Below, in pieces: positions 45,848 to 56,154 of a DNA stretch of 64,000 nucleotides. Position numbers and translations under genes: made by a program. How positions within the stretch are numbered: the stretch's first letter is position 1; each line of letters starts with the position of its first letter. The stretch comes from Nitrosopumilus sp. (GTDB taxonomy: Archaea; Thermoproteota; Nitrososphaeria; Nitrososphaerales; Nitrosopumilaceae), in assembly GCA_965218695.1 (NCBI GenBank), contig OZ244651.1, positions 1,600,001 to 1,664,000 on the forward strand, read 5' to 3'. Under the pieces are notes generated by a model. The model did not search any database. It worked only from the letters and a program-made list of their open reading frames with translations, and was not told the DNA's origin.

Positions 45848-47500
45848 GTAACTGCATAGTTTTTTGATCAAATGTTGAACTCCATGCCTACGCGCGTCTA
45901 TGCAGTTTTTTGACGTGGAGCCAGGCCCTCGCGCAGGATCGTGCCAAGATCATCTCCCCTTGCCTTGCATGTCTGCTTGATGCTCATCAGCGTGGCAATG
46001 GCATCTGCGCCATCCTTGGATCTGCTCCCGTTGCTGTTCTTGCGCAGGATGACGCACGGCCTGATGGCCCGCTCTGCCCGGTTGTTGTGGTATTCGACGC
46101 CGTCTGTCTCCAGAAACGCAAACAGGTGATCCCTTTCCCGCACCAGCCTCTTGCGCATCCTGTTGCAGTGCTTGCAGTCGCGGTCCTTTTCGAGCCTGCC
46201 GATAAGTGACGCGATACGACGATCCAGCCTCTTCTTTGCGGCAAGCGCGTCTGCCCCTCCCGGAACGGCGCCGTCGATGTGCGAGTCCCACAGTATCGCG
46301 CGCAGCGTCCTTGCGTGACGCTTGTAGTCGTAGCCGGGATTCTTGTATTTCAGGGTGTCCTTGATGTCCCGGGCGTAATGAAGGTGGCACTTTTGGTGTT
46401 CGGATCCGATGACGTTCCACGCGGCCCACGAGTCAGACGTGACGCATCCCGGGTAGTCCTTGCCGAGCATCTTTTTTGGAACCTTCGAGTTCCTGTGGCG
46501 GTGCACCTCGTAGATTACGGCGTACCTGGCTACAGCCACCCACAGCCAGTAGTTCGTGCCGTCGACGCGCCAGATTGTCTCGTCCCCGTTTATCGCACGC
46601 GAGTTTCTTACCTCCTCCTTGATCTTCTCGTACAGCGGCCCGAGCTCCCGGGCCATCCTGCACACCATGCGGTTTATCGCAGATTCCGTGATTCTTGCCG
46701 AGTACATCATCATGACAATATTGCATATTCTGAGGTCTGACATGCCGTGCAGCCGGAGGATGACCATCATTATCATAAAGTTGATCCCGTACCTGGAGTT
46801 TGGCAGTGCCAGCGGAGTCCTGCCGGACACGGTCCTCTTGCAGTTCCTGCAACGCCTTCTCTTTACTGTCACCTTGATGTGCTTTAGTTCCGTCTTGGCA
46901 GCCTCCCTTACCACCTTTGTGTACGTGGACACGCATTCTGAGAGGTCGGAGCTGCCGCAGTTGTCGCACGTGTGGGGATCTGCCGTCTCCTCTGCGTCTA
47001 TTCTTTCAGGACGCGCAAGGCCCGTGCGTTTGTGGTCACTTGGCTTGCCCTTGCCCTTGCCCTTGCCCTTGCCCTTGCCCTTTGCGCGGCGCCGGGTACT
47101 GCCGGTCTTTTTGTCCGGTTTTGCGCCGATGCTCCTTGCAACGGCAGCCGATATGATGCCCTTTGCCTCCTGCAACTCTGCCGTGAGATCCTGGATCTGT
47201 TTGAGGGCGGCAGCGTAAAGATCAGCGAGTTTGGCCATCTGCCGGTCTTTTTCGGCCATCTGCCGGTCTTTTTCGGCCATCTGCTCTGCCATCACACCCA
47301 CTTTTTCCTCCAGTTCTGCAATCTTTGACTCGGAATTATCATCAGACATATGCAAACCGTGGGCAACAATGATCTAAAAATTAGGACGGAGAGAAAAACT
47401 CGATCAAGTGATCAAAAATAGTTTTAAAAAATTAGACAGACGCGGATTTTCTGATTGTAGATATGGAGTTCAACATTTGATCAAAAAACTACACAGATAC
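45848..47500 (-). mobile_element. IS66-family element, intact transposase 45898-47355
   Basis: 38-bp IR GTA.CTG..TAGTTTTTTGATCAAATGTTGAACTCCAT; GDET, TSD, HQKC.LH, NNRAER. Confidence 0.92.
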
Positions 47501-47517
47501 AAAAATACTAAAATATT

Positions 47518-49269
47518 GTAAGTGATTCGCTTTTTGAAGTGCCCTGACTCTTTTGCCGGTAGTCACCGTGTCGGGCTGAAATCCAAGGATTTTTCACGCC
47601 TTGTCAAAATTGGTTGGCTGTAGAGATCCAAATACTAGCGGGTGCCAGTCCCTTCTAGCACTACCATGAAAGAACTGACACGCCAAACATGCTTGAAAAC
47701 GGAGGAATTTAAGGCAATCCTTGGACGTTCCTCCGCGCCGGACTGCGGCGCCTGCATGAAATCCGAATGTGGATGCTGCCAGTACTGGTCAGGCGTGGTG
47801 CGTGATGCCGTGGATGCTGCCGTCAAGACCCTGAAAATGGCGCGCGAGGTTGCAGGTGCGTCAGACGGCAATGAGGCGGAGAGTCTTCAGGCCCAGGTAA
47901 AGTCCCTGAAAGAAGACAACAAGAAGCACGCCGAGGCAAACCGCGAGCTCAGCGCCCGGGCAAACAAGATAAGCGTGCCGTCCTCCAAGAAGAAGAAGAA
48001 TAAGGCCAGCCCCGGCAAGGCAGGAAGGCCCAAGGGGCAAAAGGCCACGATCAACAAGAGGCCCGACAAAGTAGACTGCACGGAGATCATAGACTTTGAT
48101 CGGTGCCCCTGGTGCGGAGGGGAGAACATATCGGAGAAGCCCACTGGCGAGTACGACCGGATAGTCAAGACGCTGACCCTGCTTGTAAAGACCATAAAGT
48201 ACGTGATAATCAGGCGCTGGTGCAGGGACTGCGAGAAGCAGGTCTCTTCCAAGCCGCCCAGAACGGCGCCGCACGCGCGCTACGGGGCCAACGTCGGCGC
48301 CGTGCTCAACTTTTTGAATATGTCGGGTCTGTCCCACGCAAGATCCGCCGAATTCGCAGGCGACGCGCTTGGCACGCCCGTGTCCTGCTCGTCTGCATAC
48401 AGGAACAAGATAAGCAGGGCCCTGCAGATGGCCCCGGAACGCGACGCCGTGAGGAAAAAGATCCTCAAAGAGCCGCACCTGGGGGCCGACGAGTTCCACT
48501 GGCCACTCAAGGGCAGGCGCGGCTACGGCGTGGTCGCACTCGGCAAGGAGTCGTGCCTGGTGGAAATAGTAGACTCCCGCAAGACAAAGACCATCAAGGG
48601 AGTACTGCCAGGCTACGAGGGGACCATCACGCAGGACTCGTACCCGGCGTGGCTCCACGTCGGGTCGGCCCGCCAGATGTGTGTGGTCCACCAGGAGCGC
48701 CTGGCGCAAAAAGATCTAAAGTTGAACCCCGGCGGGGACGTGGCCGAATTCCTGGCCGGGCTGTCTGCCGTGCACAAAAAGATCTACCGCGCCTGGCGCA
48801 TCAAGGATCCGCATTCAAGGGCAGTGTCTGCTGACTGCATCGACGCGGAGCTGGCAGGGCTGTTTGCAGCCCCGTACAAAGACGACAAGCACGGCACCAT
48901 CGCCAAATACCGCAAGCGGCGCTACCGCGAGGGGTACTACATGACGACCTGCCTGCGGATCCCTGGCATCAGTCCGGACAACAACGCGGTGGAGAGGGCC
49001 AACCGAAGGTTCGTCTCCGTGAGGAATGACGGAGGAGGCAACCGGTCCCAGAAGGGCATGGACGCAAATTCCGTACTGTTCACCATGGTGGCCACTGACC
49101 GCGTCCGGAAGAAAAGCTTCTTTGACCACCTGGTGCGTTCTGCGTCCGGCGACGGCTGACTGTCGAGCCCGTATCCACATTAATTCGACACGGTCCGAGC
49201 TTTTGGACGGGGAGGCTGCGCACGTACAGGCGCGGAAGCCTGTGGAACTTCAAAAAGCGAATCACTTAC
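47518..49269 (+). mobile_element. IS66-family element, transposase about 47666-49159
   Basis: IR GTAAGTGATTCGCTTTTTGAAGT; ADE, QDSY, QMC..H, DNNAVER. Confidence 0.92.
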
Positions 49270-49376
49270 GCAGAATTCAATTAATTGTCCGAATCATTAA
49301 TCAAAATACTATGCTTTCCTGCCTAAAATGATTGATCACCGTATTGATTTTTGTTGGCTTGTGTCGTGTTGAGGGC

Positions 49377-49660
49377 ATGGGCATACAGTGATCCCATTCT
49401 GGAATGACTGGCATGGATACTGGGCAGGGTTGTGAAACAAACTACCTCCCTGCGAATCTTGAAATGTATCTCGTCGCAGTGCCACTTGTAGCTTGTGCGC
49501 GGCCGCAGCTGCCTGGAATATTCATCCATCAATGCCGAATAGTACGCAGTCCACCTGTATATCGTGCTTGAATGTACGATTGTTCCGTCCTGTAGTTTGT
49601 TTCACAACCCTGCCCAGTATCCATGCCAGTCATTCCAGAATGGGATCACTGTATGCCCAT
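49377..49660. repeat. 69-bp perfect inverted repeat enclosing a 146-bp IS6-like fragment
   Basis: 49377-49445 is the reverse complement of 49592-49660; spacer encodes WHCDEIHFKIR on the minus strand. Confidence 0.9.
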
Positions 49661-49661
49661 A

Positions 49662-51129
49662 GTAATCGGATTAAAGATTCGGAAAACCCGTCCTTGGGAT
49701 TTGGTTCTATGGCCGTTCGCGGTACTCTGATGGGCATTACGGTATCAACACCACATCACATCTCAGGAGCAGTATGACCAATCATATTTCAGGAATCAGA
49801 TCCTGCGAAATCTTCTGCTTAAGGTGCCAAAGGCAGGACGTCAAGTGTTGCAGCAGACGTGGTGACAGTGGTTTGGGTGCAGGATGCCGGGGCACGGAAC
49901 TGTTCTTCACGCATCCCATGCCGTCAGGCAGTGCAGGAGGGCGGTTCCACCGGCATGCGTCGCGCCTTTGGCCATGGTCCCTTCTGGGGGCCGATGGCCT
50001 CGAAGACGTAATCGATCATTTTTACCATGGCAACCTCCCCGCTACGCAGCAGTCGTATGATTCTTTTTTGCAGTTTGTCGAATCCGCCAAAGAATGTTGC
50101 AGACAGCGCCCTCTTGAGATCCCTCCACTCCACCTCGATGGAATTGTGCTGTGGTGTGCGCGGGGGCAGAAACCGCCGAACCACGTCACCCTTCGTACTC
50201 TCAATGTATGTCTCCATGGCCCTGCTGGTGTGGGCTCCGGCATTGTCCATGATTGCGTAGACTTTGCCGTACCTCCGTCGAAGGTATTCTAAAAGCGCAA
50301 CCGCGCTCTCCGTGTTGGCACTCTCGTGGAACTGTACGTCCAGCGTGCCCTTGCCCAGGGCTCCTGCCACCTTGACAGTCTTCTTGGAGCAGTTGGTCCT
50401 GACTGTATCCCTGCCGCCCCTGCGCCGTATGCCGCGCCTGGATGCAGGCGAGTCGGCAAATCCGGCAAAATCAACAAACACTATCTTGTAGCCGTTCCCG
50501 TCACGCTCCTTGGCCTGCCGGATTGTATCCTGCACGTATTCGGCCAGCTCCCCGACTGTGGCCGAGTTGTACGGAACGGGCCTGACTCCCCTGACTGAAA
50601 AGTTCATCCTGCGCGTCAGCCTGAGTGCGCCGCTGTCGCCGTACCGGATCCCAAACATGTTCAGGATGTGGCGGGCAACGAGCCTGGCCGTCCACGTGCC
50701 GCGGGAAAAGCCGCTTTTCGTGGGATCTTGGTCTATATCCTTGTCAAGGGATTTCTTCTGTGCCTCGGACAGACGGCATGGCCTGCCGGGACTCTTGTAG
50801 TCGTGTCTGCGCTCCAAGCCGCCTTCCTCCAGCCGCGACAGCCAGTCGTGTATGGTGCTGGTCGCTATCCCGACGGCCTTTGATATGGTATCCAGGATAT
50901 CGCCTTTCTTTCGGCGTATGGCCACATGCAACATGGTTTTGGTCTTGCCGTGAGGCTCATTCCTGTGCGTCTGCTCAAGTTCAGACAGACTGACATCCGG
51001 GAGGAACTTGTCCCCGCGTTTTACATGCATGGTCAGGTTCATGAAGGTGTCAGGTTCTACTAAGATCTTAATGTATCGATTTAATCCATTGGGTGTACCT
51101 TCTTTTTTCCGGATCATTAATCCGATTAC
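49662..51129 (-). mobile_element. IS630-family element, transposase about 49924-51029
   Basis: IR GTAATCGGATTAA.GAT.CGGAAAA flanked by TA; PGRP, VDFA, MDNA, NSIEVEW. Confidence 0.9.
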
Positions 51130-51131
51130 TA

Positions 51132-51419
51132 GGCATGCCTCCACACAATAACGATGCAGAACGGGACATACGCGACGCCGTCGTGCTACAGAGGAACGTG
51201 CGTCACAAGCTGTCAGTGGCGGAGGGAATGAAGGTCTTTTCTGTACTTGTTTCAGTTGCGCGCACCTGCCACAAGCAGGGAATACTGCCACGCATCGCAG
51301 TGGAATCGCTCATCAGGGATCCTGGCTGGAAAATATTCAAGCCTCCTCCATGCGAAGTACCTGCAATGACAGTCGCAGTCTGAATTAACAAGGTGGATTG
51401 GGGGGACCTGAGTGTTTAC
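51132..51419 (+). mobile_element. IS66 3' remnant
   Basis: PPHNNDAERDIR...SV.RTC..QG; probable end ...CTGAGTGTTTAC. Confidence 0.75.
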
Positions 51420-51428
51420 GTCGCCGGA

Positions 51429-51680
51429 ATGTATAACCTTAAGTTAGTGCTACTAGTTTTGAATCGTCTGGGTTATCAGAAATGGGATGCGACAGAGAGT
51501 GTCGCACTGTTCAACCACCCAAATTTAGAATCGGAAGTGTTTATGGATCTGAACATTCCCACTTTAAGCAAAAGCTATGTGGAGAGAAAACTTGAAACCA
51601 TGGAGATCCGCAAGTCTTACTTTGATGCATTGTATGATGCAGAGCAGAAAGATGCAGTGGGTGCCTCACTGAGCAAATAA
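51429..51680 (+). CDS. small hypothetical protein, HicA-like pattern
   Basis: L.VL..LGY......S...F.HP.....V......L....V...L spacing. Confidence 0.4.
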   Translation: MYNLKLVLLVLNRLGYQKWDATESVALFNHPNLESEVFMDLNIPTLSKSYVERKLETMEIRKSYFDALYDAEQKDAVGASLSK

Positions 51681-51775
51681 CGCCCAGAGAGGGATTCGAA
51701 CCCACGCCATTTACAATGAACGCCTAATCTTGCGGAACCGCCTTGAAACGGTGTATCTTGCCGCTGGCGTCGCCC
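51681..51775 (-). pseudogene. tRNA-like 3' remnant (T-arm plus acceptor strand)
   Basis: Minus strand GTGGGTTCGAATCCCTCTCTGGGCG; no matching 5' acceptor strand found. Confidence 0.45.
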
Positions 51776-51837
51776 TGTAAGTAGATGTACCCGTCATGAT
51801 ATACTATTGGCATGTAGGATGTTACCCATACTCATGT

Positions 51838-52050
51838 TTAAGGATGAAACATGTTGCGTATCTTCGCTGGAATATCATTGAAATCTAAACCGTGTTCTGT
51901 CGCCCCACCAAGAACCCCAATGAACAGCCCGATATGCCCGCACTTCGTGCATATGCGACCTCCGATTGACGGGGTTGTGCCTAGGATAATGCGAACTATC
52001 TCGTGTTCCGCATTCCCGCAGTAATAGCATTCTTTCGTGAGATCAACCAT
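51838..52050 (-). CDS. small zinc-ribbon protein
   Basis: CYYCG...CTKCG. Confidence 0.6.
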   Translation of the reverse strand: MVDLTKECYYCGNAEHEIVRIILGTTPSIGGRICTKCGHIGLFIGVLGGATEHGLDFNDIPAKIRNMFHP

Positions 52051-52277
52051 TGAGATGCGGATCCTAAAGGGTGTATTTTAAGTGGATCATGTGGGGATTT
52101 TTAGCACGGAGTTGGAGAAGATCCATCTAGGTCACCAACTTTCCACCCTAGTTTAGGTCACTGTAACTTACCAGTCCCTAACGGGACTTTTTTGCGTTGC
52201 CGCTTGTTGGGTTGTAGTTGTAGCTGTTTGGATTCATTGCAGTGTCTCTGGTGGGTTGGGACTTTCCTTTCTTTGCC

Positions 52278-52517
52278 ATGTGGTGTAGAGGCGTGTCCTT
52301 ACGTATAAACCGGCAGATTACCTGTGGTGAGGGTAGGCCTGACCAATACGTCCGCCGCGGGCAGCATGGTCGCAGGCTAGGGAACGCGCGGTGCAGGCGG
52401 ACAGGGTATTTCTGCAATGAGGTAGTTCCGGTCACGTACGGGATCTGCGGGCCTCCAAATGCTTTTGGCTATACATGGTCGTACGTGGAAGATTCAGACT
52501 TCAACTGGAATCCGTAG
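52278..52517 (+). CDS. small Cys-rich hypothetical protein
   Basis: Short ORF starting MWC with several Cys; weak support. Confidence 0.3.
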   Translation: MWCRGVSLRINRQITCGEGRPDQYVRRGQHGRRLGNARCRRTGYFCNEVVPVTYGICGPPNAFGYTWSYVEDSDFNWNP

Positions 52518-52616
52518 GTGCCCAGCAGTACGCAGTCAGCACCAGACATACTTGGATTCAGATCCCGGGTCTGTGTGTTCCAGTCAGTATTGGCGTTTGC
52601 GCCCGGCGTGGGAGCG

Positions 52617-54161
52617 GTATGAATTCACCTGTCCTTCCTGTCACAAAAAAATGATCATACTGATCCATATGCTGGCAATACACATCACTTTACATGGTAA
52701 ATTCACGGCACATGAGCAGGGACCAGCTAAAAGAGGAACTCCTAGCACGGAACCGGGAGATTGCCACCCTCAAATCCGATCTTGAGAAGGCACTTGGCAG
52801 GATAGAACGTCTTGAAAGGGCCTTGGGGTACAGCGAACGCCTCATGACATACTATACAAACCCCAACACGCCGCCCTCATCTGAATCCCTGGAATGGAAG
52901 GCCCAGAAGAGGGAGCGGGCAAAAAAACAGGAAAAGGAGGGCAAATCCAAGCGCGGGGGAAGAAAGGGACACGCGGGGGCGTCGCGCCCCCACGACCCGG
53001 AAAGGACCGTATCCCACAGGTTCGGGCGCAGGAAGTCGGGCAGGAGGCGGGTGCCGGTGCTCCCGGAATGCGGGTGCGGCGGCGGCGGCGGCCGGATGGC
53101 GATTGGCAGTCCGCGCGTGCGGGACATCACGGACATCAGGGTGACTGCGTGCGAGACGCGGCACCGCGTGGAGACTGCAGTATGCGGCTCATGCGGCCGC
53201 AGGGAAGATGCTCCAAACGACCTGCCGCGGCGGGGCAACTTCGGCAAGGGCATGGTCGGACTCGTCTCAGAACTGCGCGCGGCACGGGTGCCGCTCAAGG
53301 GAATCTCGGTCGCGGTGCGCTCCATAACGGGCATTATGCTTGCAGGATCCACCGTCAACAACATCATGGCACGCGTCGGGGACGCCTCGGGCCACGAGGC
53401 AGGCAGGATCCTCGGGGAAGTGGAGGCTTCTGACTGTGCCGGGTTTGACGAAACCAGCTGGCGAAACGACGGCCAGAAGGTACACGCAAACGTGGCACAG
53501 TCGGGCAAAAACATCGCAATAAACATCAGCCAGAGCAGGGCCACGCTCATGCTCGATGCCATGGACAAATTTGACGGGGTGGCGATAACTGACGGGTACA
53601 ACGGATATGACAGGTTTGACAAGGACGGCATGCACCAGTCGTGCTGGGCGCACGACCTCCGGCAGACAAGGCACCTGGCAGAAAAATACTGCGCCGTGCC
53701 TCCCGAGACCAAACGTGTCCGGCGGCGGCAGCAGCAGCTCCACGAGGACCACAAGTGGGTGTTTGAGAGGGCAAAACTGCTGGCCGCGCAGGAGGCGCGC
53801 TCGCCACAGCTGCGGCATACGATGAACCGCACCATGCAGGACGTGCTTGACCGGTACCGCGATGCCGGTGGTGGTGGTGACGATGACGACATGCAAAAGG
53901 TGCTGGACAAGCTCGAGAGGCACCTGCACCGCATGTTTGCGTTCCTGGAGCATCCCGGCGTCGAGCCTACAAACAACGCCAGCGAGAGGGCGCTGCGCTA
54001 CCTGGTGGTGTTCCGCAAGATAAGCGGGCAGACCAAGGGCGGCTCCAAGGCCATGAAGCGCCTTGCAGATTTTGTCACGTGCGTCCTCACGTGGAGGGCA
54101 CATGGCAAGAGCGTGGCCGAAGAAGTTGGTCGACTGATATAAGGGGCAGGTGAATTCATAC
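52617..54161 (+). mobile_element. IS66-family element, intact (transposase about 52712-54142)
   Basis: IR GTATGAATTCACCTG, 8-bp TSD TGGGAGCG; FDET, TDGY, HQSCWAH, TNNASER. Confidence 0.95.
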
Positions 54162-54850
54162 TGGGAGCGTTCGTCAAGGCTTATCTCGAATGGGTTCCCC
54201 GCATGAGACCAGTTCGCCAGCATAAGCCGCCGCCGGAATGGCACGGGACGGTTTTGCAGGCACGGTGGAACCTAAAAATGCCTTGTTATTCCGATGGACC
54301 CCTTTAGACCCGCTTCCACTGTGGGTTCGGGTCCTTTTTGGCTCCCCGATGTAGGGATGCCGGAGGATCCGTCCACTCTTGTCAGTCCGCGTTTCTCTCC
54401 GGCACGACCTTGCCGCTTGGCAGGTTGCCCACGAACCGGCATTCCGATCCTGTCAGGGTCTCTGCGCGCGCGTCGTCTGCCACGACCTGGCTGCCTAACC
54501 TGTCTTGCCGGCGCTTTTAGCGCCTCTAGCACGCAGCCAAGCTGCTCCGGTGTTGTGTTCTCGATGATCTGCTGGCACCGGTTCCTGCAGGAGAGTATGA
54601 TTTTGGCCGTCAAGGAATGTTTTGGGCAGATATTGTCGTGACGGTCACGCCGCATCAAGCATCTTGCCACGATTCGGTTGCCCAACGTTCAAGATTCAAA
54701 GCCGTTGTGGCATGTAATGGTTGCAACCACGAGGGATCCGGCCGCCGGAACCGGAAAAGGTCACGGGGGGGGGAACAAAATGAATGACTGGCTACGTTGG
54801 AATTAGCCAGACATTCACACATGAAAAAAGAGGGAGAGGTATTGTAGGGG

Positions 54851-54985
54851 CCCCTCCCAGAGGCCTTTTGCCGTCGTTTTTCGTGAAATACGTAAGGAAT
54901 CTGCGTCCATGGGACTAGAATTCTTTTAGACTCGGCCTACGGTAACTTGGCAGCTTGGATAGCTCCATTCACCAGAGGCCTTTGC
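54851..54985 (-). ncRNA. stand-alone ncRNA, HgcC-like, homologous to the IS110 non-coding end
   Basis: GGCCTCTGGT...GCTGCCAAGTTACCGTAGGCCGAGTCT...AAAAGGCCTCTGGGAGGG recalled as HgcC-like (unverified); oligo-T tract downstream; 43/56 match to 22818-22873. Confidence 0.6.
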
Positions 54986-55204
54986 AGTCATTCGTAATCA
55001 GGTGTTAGTCTATCACATCACCTTGTTCCATGCTTATCCGTGTTTTTTGAGTATTTAGCAAACGCGTATACACTGCAAGACAGTGCACGCGTATCAATCC
55101 TGTACAATTCCATACTTTTCTGATCGTGATCTCAGACACAGCTACTTGCCTAGTGTGCAGCACACGCATTAGAATAATTAATATTCTACTCATCCACATC
55201 TACG

Positions 55205-55798
55205 ATGACGGATGATTTGATATCTTCAAAAAAACAGCCCCGCGTCTTGCGAAAAAATGCAACCCAGAGCATAACATATCGTCTTCCCCAAAAATTAGTG
55301 GAAGAGCTGGAAGCCGAAGCCACACAAAAGGGCATCTCCCAAAATGTTTTGGTGCGACAAATTCTTGCCAAGTATGTCCGTTGGGACAGGTTCGCAGGCA
55401 GGATGGATATGGTTCCGGTGCCCAAGGTAGTCATGGATTTGTTATGTGAGAAATTGGATAATCGCGATATCGATAAAATGGTCAGCGACGTATTTCCAGT
55501 GATCATGAGCTCTGTCATGTTTATTAAAGGCGGGTATGATCTCAAGAGATGCATCGAGACCCTTGAAGACTATATGAAATCGTCTGGGGTAAAATCTGAT
55601 CATCGGGTAGAGGGTAATGTTCATTCGTTTATCATCCAGCACGAGTTGGGAATACACTGGTCTGTATTTACAGAACGGGTTTTGACCCAAATGTTTCGCA
55701 GTTTTCTACCCGAGAAAGACCTCAAATTCCAGACCACCGAATCGACTCTAATCCTATCCGTATCATTGGGCGCGGATTTTGACGAGCATGAGTATTAA
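55205..55798 (+). CDS. conserved thaumarchaeal protein with ribbon-helix-helix-like N-terminus
   Basis: SITYRLP..LVEELE.EA..KGISQN.LV.QIL.KY..WDRF. Confidence 0.8.
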   Translation: MTDDLISSKKQPRVLRKNATQSITYRLPQKLVEELEAEATQKGISQNVLVRQILAKYVRWDRFAGRMDMVPVPKVVMDLLCEKLDNRDIDKMVSDVFPVIMSSVMFIKGGYDLKRCIETLEDYMKSSGVKSDHRVEGNVHSFIIQHELGIHWSVFTERVLTQMFRSFLPEKDLKFQTTESTLILSVSLGADFDEHEY

Positions 55799-56154
55799 AT
55801 CCAAGATTCAGGCAGTCATTTGAAATACGTTTTCTCATTGTTCTCTGTGGCACTTGCCGTGACTGCCAATCTTGCGCTAGGCCACGACGCAGGGACGGGT
55901 GTTTCTTTTGCAGATCGCCGGGGGATTGTCCGACCCGTAGCGTGCGCCTGACTGCGCCCAAGCGGCATGGTTCTTGAACAAGATAATCCTCAGCACGGAG
56001 GGAGATAGGTTCAGTGCAGAGCGGCCTTACGCGTTCTCAAGCACGTACTCCAGCGCCGCCTTGAATTCCCCTATGGTGATCTCCCCCTAGGGGTATCGCT
56101 GTCTTGCAGTCATCATGGCAACACACCTGCCGCGTTGGCTTTAGATGGCGGTAA

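Noticed and set aside
51735-51756. Selenocysteine tRNA (TTCA in a hairpin loop)
   Set aside because: Loop geometry is wrong and there is no long acceptor stem.
54272-54685. 137-aa minus-strand ORF
   Set aside because: No reliable motif; probably a degraded transposase remnant.
54789-54800. HEARO/omega RNA (GGCTACGTT motif)
   Set aside because: No IscB or TnpB gene nearby; the motif is explained by a simple hairpin.
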